Source: the human T2T-CHM13v2.0 reference genome, Homo sapiens
NCBI RefSeq assembly: GCF_009914755.1
Contig: NC_060925.1
DNA: 64,000 bases
Direction: 5' to 3' (one strand)
Position numbers and translations under genes: made by a program. Positions 1-13,176 of the stretch are shown here, piece by piece; the first letter of the stretch is position 1; every line of letters begins with the position of its first letter. Under the pieces are notes generated by a model. It did not search any database and was not told the DNA's origin. It worked only from the letters and a program-made list of their open reading frames with translations.

Positions 1-7
1 CATAATC

Positions 8-408
8 TATTTTAGTCTATTTTATGCTGCTCTAACAAAATACTGTAGACTAAGTAGTTCATAAAAAAAGAGAAATTTATTTTCTCACAGTTCTGGAGGC
101 TGGGAAGTCCAAGATCAAGGCACTGGAAAGTTTGGTTGTCTGGTGAAGGGTACTCTTTGCTTCCAAAAGAGTGCCTTGTTGCTGCATCTTCCAGAGAGGA
201 GAAATGCTGTGTCTTCACATGGAGAAAGATGAAAGGACCAAAGGGCCGAATAATGCATGAAGACTCTTTTATAAAAGTATTGATCTCATTTATGAGGGAG
301 GAGCCTTCATGGCCTAATCACCTTTAAAAGGTCCCCTCTTAATACTATCATATTAGTCATTAAGTTTCAACACCTGAATTTTGAAGGGAATCCATTCAAA
401 CCCTAGCA
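8..408 (-). mobile_element. MaLR solo LTR (MLT1A/MSTD-like)
   Basis: Typical MaLR blocks: 'atttattttctcacagttctggaggctgggaagtccaagatcaagg', 'cctaatcacctttaaaaggtcccc', and terminus 'cattcaaaccctagca'. Subfamily from memory. Confidence 0.85.
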
Positions 409-419
409 TATAATCCAAT

Positions 420-830
420 ACTATCATTATTTGTTTATTGCCCACGATGTTGCAGCTTTGGCCATTGGTGTCTCTTTCCGTTTGGCTCGAATGTCCTTTT
501 GACATTACCCTATTCTTTTTTTCTTCTTATGTACTTCCTTACTGCACCAGGCTCATCTTGTATATTCCCTGCCCCATCCCTAGAATCAGTCATTTCTCTA
601 AGAAATTTTATCTCTTTTATTAGAAAATGGTGTTTTGAAACAAAGATTAGGGTGCTAGGTGTGCTTATTGCTACTGGGGTGTCACTGCTTTTAGTACATC
701 TCAGTGGACAGACCTAGAAAATATATGTGTGAATATTAACCTGTGTCTGAAGTTATTTCTGTATTTACCTGCCTTTATATATTTAAAATAAACATGAGAT
801 CAGTGTGATATCTCTAATTCTGACAACATT
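420..830 (-). mobile_element. Old L1 3' region (L1MC-like)
   Basis: 'ctaggtgtgcttattgctactggggtgtcactgc...ctcagtggacagacctagaaaatatatgt' resembles the L1MC4/5 3' UTR in antisense. Confidence 0.6.
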
Positions 831-1109
831 TCCACATGCAAATTTTAAGTCAGCACAGATTTCATTCTAATATTTGTACACTTAGACTTGAAGGGTTTTT
901 GTTTGTTTTAACTTTTAATTTTTCATATATATTTCATATATATTTAAAGAGAACAACATGATGTTTTGATATGCATCCTTTGATTCACTAAGAGTTTCAA
1001 TCGAGTTCATTATTTAAAATATCTTAAATTTTACATTACATTCAGCTTATTTAACATGATTAGCAAATGTTATATGGTACCCAGATAATTACATTAACTA
1101 TACATTCTT

Positions 1110-1210
1110 TCCACAAGCATTTACTGAACACTTATTTAGCACCGAGAGAAGCAGCAATAGTAAGACTTACAAGCCCTCTTCCCTCATAGAACTTTTACTT
1201 ACAGAGTAAA
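1110..1210 (-). mobile_element. L2 3' fragment
   Basis: 'caagcatttactgaacactta...ccctcttccctcatagaactt' matches an antisense L2 tail. Confidence 0.55.
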
Positions 1211-2834
1211 TGCATTATGTGCATTATTTTAATTGCCTGTAATTTATTGAGTTTTGTTGTATGCTTTATCATAAATGTACCCTCAAAGTTCTTGCTCTCA
1301 GAATAGTTATGTTCTAAGGGGGCAATACAAAGGTATTATAAAAGTTTTGCCTTCATCACATGAACATATAGCATATCCATGTAAAATCCAACTTTTTAGG
1401 CTTAGTTTTTTTTTTAATATTTGTTTTTCCAGTTTTATTTTCCACTTTTCTTGTTAAGTCCTCAATAACTAATCAAATAAAGTACTGAAATGTTTATTAC
1501 GATAAGTATTTGTCATTTATGCCTTTAAAAACTGATCACAACTGTCATGGCAACTTACATGATAATAGGACAAACAGACTTCTCAGCAATCTCAGTTGGA
1601 AATGAAGTCATGATACCTATATTTGCTGTATATACTTGGCCCCTTGGCTGCCAAACCCATACCCATCTGTTTAGATGGCAGATTGCCTACTCATATGTTG
1701 GCTGCTCTCTTGTACTATGACATGAGTTCCCACCAATGACAGCTAACAAAATACTTCAGGAGGCAGCTCTTCTTACAGGAGGTCCTTTCCCATGCCAGAG
1801 TTAGAGAAGCAGTTGGCATCCCGCATCCATTTAAACTTTGTTACACCTGTTGACACTTCCGTGCCAAAAGCAGACAATGCGACAAATGAACAACAGAAAG
1901 CACAAAGAATTTAATGAAACTAAAAAATAACCCTTCTTACAAATAGATGCTCAATTTCACTGCTGATTACTTGCACAGTTGACATTTAATTAATGGTAAA
2001 TAAGGATTGCCTACTAAGTGACCAGAAAACAGTGTGCACTAAGGTATCCCACATCGCTGGGATTTTGGCCTTTATCACTCCATATTGTAAAAGGCAATGA
2101 AAGTCAATAATTACACTGAATACCTCTTTTGTCTATCCTTTAAAAAAATGCAGACACATGTCAATCAAAGAAGGTCCTTTTTAAGATAGCTTTCTTTTAA
2201 AGGAGAATTAAGGTAATTATTCCAATGATTCAGACTCCCAAAAGCACTGAATTACTTAGATTGTCTCTTTCCTAGAACAGGTGAAAGCTATGGGTGGAAG
2301 ATGAGGGAGAAACATTGTAATACTGTCCCAGAACTTCATTTTAACAAACATCATGTGACCATTAGAAACATATATATTCCAATAAAATATATGTTCAAAT
2401 ATAATTTAAAATGTTTATTTATGATTATATGCTTTGTCTTATTTTCATTGCTCATCATTTTTTAAATTTGTTGTATATTGTATCATAAGTATACCCCTAA
2501 AATATGTCTCTGTAGATAAAATGAATTGTGTTTTCAAAAAGTGCTTTAGTTATAACAGTGCACAATTCTCCTCTTCCTTCCTTGATCCCCAACTCTTCCT
2601 TAAACTGACATGAGGCCAGTACATCAATTTTCTATTCAATACCCTGAATATGATTCTGGGAAACAAAAAAAGAATTCATTTGTAATAATAATGATAGGAA
2701 AATAATTAAACTAGCAATAATAATGTCTCAAAGGCTGCCAGGAGTGGATGGGGTATCTAGTTCCCTGACATGCCTGCAAGAATCATAATGATCTCTTCCC
2801 TGTTTATTTCACAAGTCAAACAGCAACCACAACT

Positions 2835-3060
2835 AGTATTTATTGAGGACTTATTGTTTATCAGACCCTATACCAATTTCTTTTAATTCATACCTTATTG
2901 AATATTCAAAACACCAAGTCAGGAAGCCTTATCTAGATTTCACAGATAAGTAAACTGAAGCACAGAGAGATTACACAGCACACCCCAGTACAGGGATGAG
3001 CAAATGGCACAGTGAGGCTTCAAATTCAAGCAGTCTGTCATTTGAGTCCCTAACCTTAAC
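2835..3060 (-). mobile_element. MIR
   Basis: MIR core 'tttcacagataagtaaactgaagcacagagag' plus tail 'atttattgaggactta'. Confidence 0.7.
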
Positions 3061-3129
3061 TTATATATAACTCCATCTCTTCTCTCACTACTTTTATTTT
3101 ATACCTCACATCACACTGTATACTGAATT

Positions 3130-3505
3130 TTTAAAGGTCTTCCAGCATACCATTACTTGACCCACTGCTTTTGCCTGGACAAATGCCCTCTCCCCATCCC
3201 ATTCACCTCTCAAGGATAACTTCCACTCAAAGTTCCAAGATGACTATCACCCTCTTTCTTGGTTTGATATCACTGTCCTCCTTGATCCCTCAAATTTAGG
3301 TTCACTGTTTCTTCTGAATGTTCCTATTATACACTACTTCTAACAGCATTTTTCATGTTGTATAGAAATTGAGAGAATTAATGTCTTTCTTCTGATCTAG
3401 ATCCCAAATATTTTGAAAGGGAAGGCTCCATCTGTCTTGTTCACTTTGTACCCATAGCACCTATCAAGGTGAATAGCACCCAATATATTCTCAACAAGCA
3501 TCTGT
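3130..3505 (+). mobile_element. L2 3' fragment
   Basis: 'tctgtcttgttcactttgtacccatagcacct' and the surrounding pyrimidine-rich L2 3' UTR pattern. Confidence 0.6.
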
Positions 3506-4200
3506 TCATTCATTCAGTCATTCAACACATACTGTATAACCTGAAATGTTCTAGGTCCTGGGAATACAACAATGAACATGACAGATAAAATGCTTGTCCC
3601 ATGACACTTACTTTCTTATTGAGTATTAGGCTAGGTAGTAAATAAATAGAATAAACTACGCTGTAGATGGTGATAAATGTGATGGAGAAAAATGAGACAT
3701 TGAAGAGGGTTAGAAATTATAGCAGGGCTAAGGACTTTACGTGTGGTGGTTAAGGAAAGCTTCACAGGGAAGGTGACATTGGATAAAAGACTGAAGGGAG
3801 TGTAATTATATCTGAGGAAAGAACTGTTCAAAGCAGAAAGAAATTGAAGGCAAACATCCTAAGGCAGAAGCATAAAGTGACTCTTGGATTTAGTGATATG
3901 GCGTTCATTAGCAACCTTCACAAGAGCAACTTTGGGGGATTGATAGGAGTACCCTGACTGGAATGGAGACATGAAACAGAGATAACAAGGACTTTATCCA
4001 TAAAGAGCATCACAGAAAGGGTAGTTGGAGGAGGAAGTGGGTTTGTGAGAAGATTTTTTTTTTAAGATAGTAGGAATAACAGCATGTTTGTATGACGGAG
4101 AAATTCTAGTTGAGAGCGAAACCCTGATGATACAGAAAAGACAATAGGATTACCACAGGTATGAACTTGAATAGGTGAAATAAAAGGATAGCTTTAGATA
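3505..4200 (-). mobile_element. L2 fragments (antisense)
   Basis: Starts with 'ttcattcattcagtcattcaac'; contains 'ggaaggtgacattggataaaagactgaagg' and 'ggatttagtgatatggcgttcattagcaaccttcacaagagc'. Confidence 0.65.
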
Positions 4201-4214
4201 AGAAGACCCCAATT

Positions 4215-4630
4215 AGCAGTTACTTTATGAAGATATTATAGAAGTGTATTTCTCTTTAATGTAACTGTCCAGATGGAACAGATCAGATCTATGATGTTGG
4301 GACCACAGGGTCAGGATCACTGGCTCGCACTGGTTTCTTTTTTAACCACCATTAAGCTTGTTCTGTTCTACTTTGTACAAAATGGCTCCTAACCACATTC
4401 TAGCAAGTGGGAAATGAAAAAAATGGGTGGAATGGTGTATATGTGCATGCTTTTTCTCTTCAAGGTCAAGACCCAGAAGTGGCATACATTACATTCCATG
4501 ATCCTATGGCAAAACTGAAATGCAAGCCCATGTCTAATTCAAAGGCCATTGGAAAATGTAATTCTTATTCTGGCCTATGTGAGTTACTTAAAATTTGTAA
4601 TTTTTTTTCCCATAGCAGAGGACAGTAGGG
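4215..4630. mobile_element. LTR33-like ERVL LTR fragment
   Basis: 'cagaagtggcatacattacattcc...ggaaaatgtaattcttattctgg' resembles the LTR33 consensus from memory. Confidence 0.5.
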
Positions 4631-4879
4631 ATTTGGCAGGTGAGAAATGAGACTAACGATTGTCTCCACTTCATGAAGGAAAAGTGTAGTTTGTGTGCCC
4701 AGAGAAAGGAGACTTTTCGATGCCTCAGGAGGGAAAAAATTAATAGGGAAATGATACCAAGTCTATGTTAACCCCCAAACCAATAAATCCCTAATTTTGT
4801 CAAAAATATGTTTAGCTCTCTTTCATGTCAAAATGAAATTGGTTAAATTATTTTGATTGTGGGATAACTAAAACATAGG

Positions 4880-5080
4880 TAAACAGATCCAGGTTGGACC
4901 CCAACTCCTGTACTTATTATGTGTGTGACCTTAAACAAGTTACCTTATTGATTTAAGCTTTAGTTTCCTCCTGTAAGAAATAGGGTTAACAATATTACTG
5001 GCCTCATCCTGTTGTTAGAAGGACTGAATATAAAGTAGTTGGGCTGGCCATAGTAAGTACACGGAAATCATAGCTATTAT
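4880..5080 (+). mobile_element. MIR
   Basis: 'tgtgtgaccttaaacaagttacctt...tttagtttcctcctgtaagaaataggg' MIR core. Confidence 0.75.
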
Positions 5081-5457
5081 TTCCTTAACCTGACAAAAAT
5101 TTCTTATGCAAAATTGGAATCAGTGGTTTTTATTTTATTTGTTTGACTATCTACATAACAATGAAAATATTGAGTCTATCATGTACTTTCATTCCAAAAT
5201 TAGAATAAAGATATGTAAGTTATAAAGAAATTCTAAGATGTGACAGTAATAAGAGTTGCCCAATCATTCTTCTACGAAAGCTTTCTGACTTTTCAAGCCC
5301 ACTTAGTAGCTCCTTCCTGAACCCCTAAATCCATCTTCTTTGAGTTTTTTATACTTTATTAATGCAACAATTATTAATTTCATGGTGATTTTTCTGTTTA
5401 CCTGTGTTTTCCCTTTAAAGGCAAAGAAATATTCTTGAAAAATATTGACAAAAAAGA

Positions 5458-5495
5458 TAGCTAGATAGGCAGACAGACAGACAGACAGACAGATA
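5458..5495. repeat. (GACA)n/(GATA)n microsatellite
   Basis: Seen directly: 'agacagacagacagacagacagat'. Confidence 0.85.
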
Positions 5496-5499
5496 AACA

Positions 5500-5650
5500 G
5501 TATAGTCTGTAGCATTGTATAAAATTCAGTTTAAATTCTGGCTCTATTTTACACAGATTCGTGACAAAGTCCCTCTGAGTCTCATTTTATCTGTTTGTAA
5601 AATGGGAATGTTGATACCATCTTGTAACTGTGTTGTCATTTAATTAAATA
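5500..5650 (+). mobile_element. MIR
   Basis: 'ctctgagtctcattttatctgtttgtaaaatgggaatg' MIR core. Confidence 0.6.
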
Positions 5651-5824
5651 GCAAATAATAATTTCTTTATTAGAATCCTAACATAATGAATTTTTGTTTA
5701 ACCTATATCTCCTTCCACATGATTATTGTATTACTCACCACTGCATTCCCAATGTACATCCCACTGCACAGTACCTAGAATCCTAGGTATAAATAAATAT
5801 CTGTGAATGAAGGCATAACGCCAC

Positions 5825-6198
5825 TGATATGGTTTGGCTCTGTGTCCCCACCCAAATCTAATCTCAAATTGTAATCCCCAAAATCCCCATGTATCAAGGG
5901 AAGAACCCAGTGGTAGGGGATTGGATCATGAGGGCAGTTTCCGCTATGCTGTTCTCATGATAGTGAGTGAGTTCTCACAAGATGTGATGGTTTTATAAGG
6001 GGCTCTTCCCCCTTTGCTCCTCACTCTTCTCTTTCCTGATGCCTTGTGAAGAAGGTGACTGCTTCCCCTTCTGCCATGATTGTGAGTTTCCTGAGTCCTC
6101 CTTAGCCATATGGAACCATGAGTCAATTAAACTTCTTTCTTTATAAATTACCCAGTCTTGGGTGATATCTTTAAGCAGTGTGAAAATGGACTAATACA
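5825..6198 (+). mobile_element. THE1 (THE1D-like) solo LTR
   Basis: Begins 'tgatatggtttggctctgtgtccccacccaaatc' and ends 'ggactaataca'; 5-bp TSD gccac (5820-5824) / gccat (6199-6203). Confidence 0.92.
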
Positions 6199-8739
6199 GC
6201 CATCGATGACAGTCTGACTTTTTTTTTTTCAAATAGTGTTAAAACAAGACACACAGCCTGAAATCTTTTTACTTTCTATAATTCTGTTATGGGGTAGCAT
6301 CTGCCATGATGCACACCCTCCACTTCATTATTTTGTGCTGAAAACGGGTGATCCCCTATCTTTGTTTATTTTATGTCAGGGTGACCTAACATATCCTTTA
6401 CAGGCCATTTGTATTGATGCCACAGGGCTTAAAGGGGTGCTGTGCAAAATTCTTGTATGCCTTCTGCCCATTGTGCTTGAATAACTCAGCAATTATTCTT
6501 ACTGCACAATAGCCAGCCCAATGTATCTGTTTTAATCCGAATTGTAGGGTGTATTGGTTAAAGAGGAAGCCTGGTCAAGCACCACCTGCTTCATGCTGAG
6601 AAGCTTTTACAATGAAGAAGAAAGATTCTGTGATGCTGGTAAAAATAACAGAAACACTGAGTGTTTTTGTCTATGACTCCACCAATAGACCAGCAGCACT
6701 GAAGGATGGAAACTACTACTTCTCAGTGCACTATACACTTAACTTTTTATAAATGTTCTATTAAGGAATGAGAAATGAATTATTTTATATTTAGCCTTCA
6801 TTCCCTTTGCTTAATCAAGATACTACATTCCATTTTGTGAAACAATATCTGATTGGTAGTATTTCTGAAGTGATTTGAGGCATTAATCCAGTGGACTGAG
6901 AAGGTTTCAATTTTTCTTGCAAACTACTTTTAAAATGTATCTTCCATTATAAATCCCTATCTCTATTCCTTTTACAGCTCTATTTGAAAATTAACACTAA
7001 TTTCTTAAATGGTATCATAAAAAGAGCATATTTTACCTCCAAAAGAAAAATAAGATATAAAATGATTTTCAGGGAATCTTTCAGAAAAGTATTACAAAAG
7101 TTTTTTTTTTTTTGTTAATTCTCAGCAGTTATAAAATACCGGTACTACATTATGGTTTGGTCTGCTGTAAAAGAAAGGAGGGAACAATAGAAATTGTTTA
7201 TGATTTATGCTTAGGTTAGGAAAGAAACTATATTTTAAAAGTGTGTGCATTCCACAAATTTCACTCTCCCTAAACCCTTTCCTCCCTTTATGAATCAAGA
7301 TAAATCTCACTTTTACCCTGAAGGGAAGATTTACATGTCACAAAAAAAGAAACTCGCTGAAAACAAGTGTTCTCTACAGCAACAAAGTAGTCTATATGTC
7401 TGAGGGCTTTTAGTTTTTTCAACAACTTTTTTTTTTAAGATGGGAAAATTTACTGTCTTGGTGGAGGTTTTGTAGTTATTTTTTAGTTCATATTTTGTTA
7501 CACTTTTGTTAGCCTTGAAAATAGTTACCATGGTAATAGTTCCATATATATCTAATCTTAGAGCTGAATTACAGAAAACCTTCCCACAGGGTTGCATACA
7601 ATGCCATTGATGGGTTTCATCTAGCCTATTATTTAAAGTAGGAATTATTTTAAATAATATCAAATTGTTACATTCAGTTCATGACTTTCTTTTGTAACTC
7701 TCAAGTTGGTGAAATCCTTTGGTGTGTAATTTTGGAAGAACTGTGTTTAATTTCAGTTTGTATTTGTAATCACTTTTAACTGCTTTTCCTTTAATGAATG
7801 CTATATAAGCTTAGATATAGAAGATAGTTTATTTTCTTTTATAACTAAATGCTCCTAAGGATTTATCAAAAATAATTATTTTAATATAAAATCTGTAGTA
7901 GATCATAATATTGGCAACTTCTAAGAACCCTTAGATATAAGAAACTCATTTTTTTCTAAAAGGTACTCATAATATATGAACAAGAGTTATAAATAAATGA
8001 AACATGACCCTAGATCCACGGGCTTTAAAGGAACTTTGATAAGCCATCCAATTTAGTCTCCCAACTCCAGTCTTAACAGAAATTAAATCACCCTATATAG
8101 CAGTTTTCTAGAGAACATTCTGTAAAGATGACTCCTCTGCCCTCCACAATGTTATACTTCAATGTTTTGCAGCTCTTATTTTTCAGAAGGCCTTCCCAGT
8201 ATTTAACCACTTTGTATCTGGCTGCATTTTAACTACCCCTCCTCCGGGTCTTTGCCATATTTGCTCACTAACATCTATAAGATACTCCTTAGCTGTGGAA
8301 AGAACTCAGAACTCAGGAAGTCTCTAATATGTCTTAAATTAAAATTTTGTTAACAATAGCAACCTGAATATGAAGAAATGTAAAAATAACATGCATTGAC
8401 AATTTGAGATTACTAAGAACACAAGGATAAGTCTACCTACTGAATACTTATTAAAAAGGTTGGTTTAAAAGACTATTTACAAATGTTGAAAAGCCTTTTG
8501 TACACTGTGAAATAAAAGAAAGAGACAATGAAGTTGCAATATTGTAACATAGTGTGATTATAACCAGATCTAAAAACATGTGACTATAGAGGCTTAGAAT
8601 GAAATACACCCATTAATTACTATGTTATGGTATTAAAATGTGAGTTTTTTATTCCATTTGCCAATTTGGGGCAGTTTCTTATTATTTTATAATTTTTTTA
8701 AGGGAAGAAAAATAAAATACATGCATCAAGTCGTACACG

Positions 8740-9190
8740 AAGCTAAGCCTACACCCATTTTCAATTTTTTCTCTCTTGCTTGCCTTCACCTTGGAGACTG
8801 AGGGAGCTCAACACAATTTAGAGCCTTTCCCTCTCAATCTCCAAAGCAGGAAGCAATGACCATGCAATAGAGCTCTGGAAAATGAGACATATGCAGACAT
8901 CTGCTGGGATATATCTGAGAAAACATGCTTTTCTTCTGAAAAGAAAGACTGATAACTGTTGGTAGTCTTTATCTTCTATTCACCTATCTATTTTTCCAGC
9001 CTTGAATGGAAACTTCATTCCTAAACTGGAACTTTTATCTAAGAACCATGAGAGAAAGTCTAATGCTGGCCTTGATATAATTTAGCTACTCAGCCAACAC
9101 CAGCAATTTTGAGACTTCTGTAATAAAAGTAAAATAAATCTCTATTTGTTTCAACCACTACTGCCCAAGTAATCTGATTATTATAGCCAG
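8740..9190. mobile_element. Old MaLR/ERVL LTR fragment (MLT1- or LTR16-like)
   Basis: 'aaaataaatctctatttgtttcaaccacta' and 'atgagacatatgcagacatctgctggg' are typical old-LTR motifs; heavily diverged. Confidence 0.45.
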
Positions 9191-10753
9191 AATATTTTCT
9201 TTTTTATTCAATAAAGACAATATTATTGTGAGTCTGGTATCTTTATGTCACTATGATAAACCGTTTCACAAATTTAGTCTCATTCCTCAAATTGTTGGAT
9301 TGTCAAGTAACTTGAAAACTTTTGTTTTCCAATATATTATAGATATGTTATTTGCTATATTTACTATAAAAACTTAAGGAAAAGGAAAGTTTTTCAGCTG
9401 AAAAGATTTGTGTTGTAATTAGATGTGAATTAACATGAAGATTTTGATGCTGAACAAATAAATGAATCCCGTCAATGATTATGTTTCCCCTATTATACCA
9501 CTTTGTTTTACATATTCAGAGAAATAGTCTTGGCAAAATACAATTGTAATTTACAAAGAAAGTCACCAGCAGTTGAGTTTTTCTTGTTTTTGATTAACAT
9601 TTAATAAGATTCCAAGTCTGAAATCATCAGCAAGTCTGCTTTTTAAAAGAAATTTTAAGTGACTGCATAGCTATTGTAACTGGCATTTTCATGGAAACTA
9701 TTCATCCTGATTCTGTGTGTGTTTTATATATTACTGGCCCATGTTACCAAGTTAGCTAATGCTGACTTCAAGAATAAAATAATTAAGGTATTTTGTGCAT
9801 TCATAGGTGGATCAAAAGCAGAAAGAACATAAGCCAAGGAAATGTCCTCATCTTTATATAGTCCCTTTGAACTATATTAAAATTTAGGATCACTATTTTT
9901 ATTTTAACAAGTAAAAGGAGATGCTGTCAGAATGAAGATAAGATTAGGATTCTATACCAAATGAAGTATTTCTGACTCCTAGTTCCTGTTCCATTCTTTA
10001 TGCCAGAAAAGCAGCAAAGATACCACCCACATTGCTGCCTTACTGTTTTTCTGAAGGTCGTTCAGGCAAAGGATTTCCAGTGGAATTCTCTCTAATATAA
10101 ATCTATCTATGATCACATTGTTTTTCTTGGTGAAACCAAGGGTTGCGTTTCTTCATTAGAAAATGGTCGCTTTTCCACTTTTGCACGTCACAGAAGCAAT
10201 ATCTTACTCTCCTTTTGCATGTGACACCCATGGAAACACTGAAATCCACAATCTCTGGAAACGTACGGAAGTTAGATCCAAATGCTTCAAAATAAAGAAT
10301 CTAAGTTAAAAAGTCCATTGGCACAGGATGTATTTCCACTAATAATTTTGAAAACTATATTAATACTCCTCCGATGCTATCTTTTTTCTTCACAAAAGAA
10401 TCCATTTTTCTTTTCACTTGCCTCTGGTTGGGGGAGTTTACCATTGAAAAGTGATTTCTTAGCCAGGGTGTAATAAGCTTAACACAAAGGAGAAGAAAAG
10501 GGAACTATTGGATGGGTTTTGAATTTATGCTTGTGGTTAACACTATGCAGTATTTAAAATAGTTTCATTTAAAATATCATCTTTTAAAAATATTACTTTA
10601 TAATTATATGTTTATAATCTTATTTTTATTAAAATAAACAAGTTTAGCAACTAAGATCCATTAAAATCACCTTGGACTCAAATATAATTCTCAACATTTC
10701 TCACATGTTGAGAAAATAAATTAAAATAAAACTAACCAAAAAAAGTAGCACTG

Positions 10754-11880
10754 CACAGGCAACTAAAGCAAAAATAAACAAATGGGATTACATCAAACTA
10801 AAAAGCTTCTGCACAGCAAAGGAAACAATCACCAGGGTGAAGAGATAACTTACAGAATAGGGAAAAACCAATTTGCAAACCACATATTTGGTAAGAAGTT
10901 AATATCCAAAATATATAAGGAACTCAAACAACTCAATAGCAAGAAAACAACTGAATTAAACATGGGGAAAGGACCTAAATGGACATTTCTCAAAATAAGG
11001 CATGAAAATGGTCAACAGGTATATGAAAAATGCATAACATCACTAGTCAGCAGGGAATTGCAAATTAAAACCGCAATGAGATACCTCCTCATACCTGTTA
11101 GAATGGCAATTGTCTAAAAGACAAAAGATAAAAAGTTTTGGAGAAGAAGTAGAGAAAAGGGAACCCTTTCACACTATTGACAGGAATGTAAATTGGTACA
11201 ATCATTAAGGAGAACAGTATGGACATTCCTCAAAAAATTAAAAATATAGCTGGCATATGATCCAGTAATTCCATTTCTGAGTATATATTCAAAAGAAATG
11301 AAATCAGTATGTTAGAAGGATACCTGCTCCCCTTATTGCAGCATTATACACAGTAGCCAAGATATGGAAGATATACAAACAAACTAAGTGTCCATCAACA
11401 GATGAGTGGATAAAGAAAATGAAGTATACATACACAACAGAATACTATTCAGCTTTAAAAAAGAAGGAAATCCTGTAGGTGAGTTAGCCAACCACAAAAG
11501 ACAAATACCACATGATCTCTTCACATATGGAATCTAAAAACCTGAATTCATAGAAACAGATACTACAATGGTGGTTACCAAAAGCTGGAAGGTGGGAAAT
11601 TGGGGAGTTGTTGGTTAAAAGATAAAAAATTTCAATTAGACAGGAGAAATAAGGTCAAGTTATCTATTGTACAATATAGTTATTACAGTAAATAACAATG
11701 TATTCTATTTTGAAAATTACTAAGAGAGTAGATTTTAAGTGTTCTCACCACAAAAGATAGTATGTAAGTAATGCATACGTTAATTAGCTGGATTGAACCA
11801 TTCCACAATGTACACATATTTCAAAGCATCATGTTGTACATGATAAATATATGCAATTTTTATTTGTCAATTTTTTTAAA
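10754..11880 (+). mobile_element. 5'-truncated L1MA (ORF2 C-terminal remnant + 3' UTR)
   Basis: 'aaatgggattacatcaaactaaaaagcttctgcacagcaaagg' and ORF fragment 'ISKIYKELKQLNSKK...MRYLLIPVRMAI' match the L1 ORF2 end; 3' UTR is L1MA-type. Confidence 0.92.
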
Positions 11881-12454
11881 GCAGCAACATTAAGGAAAGT
11901 GAGCAGAAAAGGCCTCATATTTTAATATTACCTATTTAGGAATCAAAATTTTCCTTACAACTGCAATAAATTTCACCAGCAGCATCTTCAAAGATGTTTG
12001 TTAAGTAGCTCATATATTATTTGAAACTGTCGTTTTCTTCTTAGTCCTTGCTACAGAAAATTTCCCCAATACAATCTAATCAAGTGAAATAGTTATGCCT
12101 TAGTAGGGATAAATAAGCTCACATATGTATGTTTGTGTTTCAGTAGGGATTAATAAACTAAACTGATTCATTCTCTCTGTAAGGTAGAAATTCTTTCTTA
12201 GAAACAATTGAGTAAGGAAATATTTGATCAATTTGGCACAGGTAATTCCAGACAAATAAGAAAATAAATAATCTTATATGTTCTTGTGAACAGATAGTGA
12301 TAGTTCCAAGAAATGAATTAAGTAAATTTTAACAAGCAGTATAATTATTTCTGTTAGATAATCCTTAATCTCATCTACGAAACGGAAAGGAAATAAATGC
12401 CTTCCTGTAACAGGAAGAGTGAGAGAGTAAGAGGTATAAAAGATTGAGATGTGT

Positions 12455-13176
12455 CACTTTTCCGGTTAGCTCAGTGTGAGAAGCCATGAGCAGCAAAGTC
12501 TCTTGCGACACCGTGTACGAGGTGATGCAGGAAGTCCTGCAAGGGAACCAGCACAAGGGCCCCAAGTCTGGAGACAGTGGAGTTGCAGATTAGTTTGAGG
12601 AACTGTGACTCCCAGAAGGACAAGCACCTCTCGGACACCGTCAGGCTTAAGTCCACTCCCCACCCCAAGTTCTCCGTGTGTGTCCCGGGGTACCAGCAAC
12701 ACTGTGACGAGGCCAAGGTCATGGATATCCCCCACATGGACATCGAGGCGCTGAAAAAACTCAACAAAAATAAGAAACTGGTCAAGAAGCTAGCCAAGAA
12801 GTATGATGCATTTTTGGCCTCAGAGCCTCTGATCAAGTGGATCCCACAAATCCTGGGCCCAGGCCTAAATAAGGCAGGAAAGTTCCCTTCCCTGCTCACA
12901 CACAATGAAAACATGGCGGCCAAAGCGGATGAGGTGAAGTCCACCTTCAAGTTCCAAATGAAGAAGGTGTTATGTCTGGCTGTGGCTGTTGGCCACGTGA
13001 AGATGACAGAAGATGAGCTTGTGTAGAACATTCACCTGGCTGTCAAATTCTTGCTGTCATTGCTCAAGAAAAACTGGCAGAATGTCCTGGCCTTATATAT
13101 CAAGAGCACCATGGGCAAGCCTCAGCACCTATATTAAGGCACATTTGAATAAATTCTACTGCTACCAAAAAAAAAA
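12455..13176 (+). pseudogene. RPL10A: Processed pseudogene of ribosomal protein L10a (uL1)
   Basis: Intronless copy with 5' TOP 'cttttcc', ATG 12486 (MSSKVS), '[23 protein letters not shown]', TAA 13135-13137, AATAAA 13148-13153 and polyA 13167-13176. TSD aaaagattgagatgt (12438-12452) / aaaaaattgtgatgt (13171-13185). A 2-bp deletion near 12567 shifts the frame and there is a premature TAG at 13024-13026. The symbol names the parent gene. Confidence 0.97.

Noticed and set aside
3450-3565. Tail-to-tail L2 junction, the architecture that gave rise to miR-28/miR-151-type hairpins
   Set aside because: By eye the two arms retain only a few complementary bases, so there is no convincing pre-miRNA stem; RNAfold would settle it.
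12577-13026. 149-aa RPL10A-like ORF as a functional gene
   Set aside because: Frameshift upstream, premature stop, polyA and TSD mark it as a processed pseudogene.
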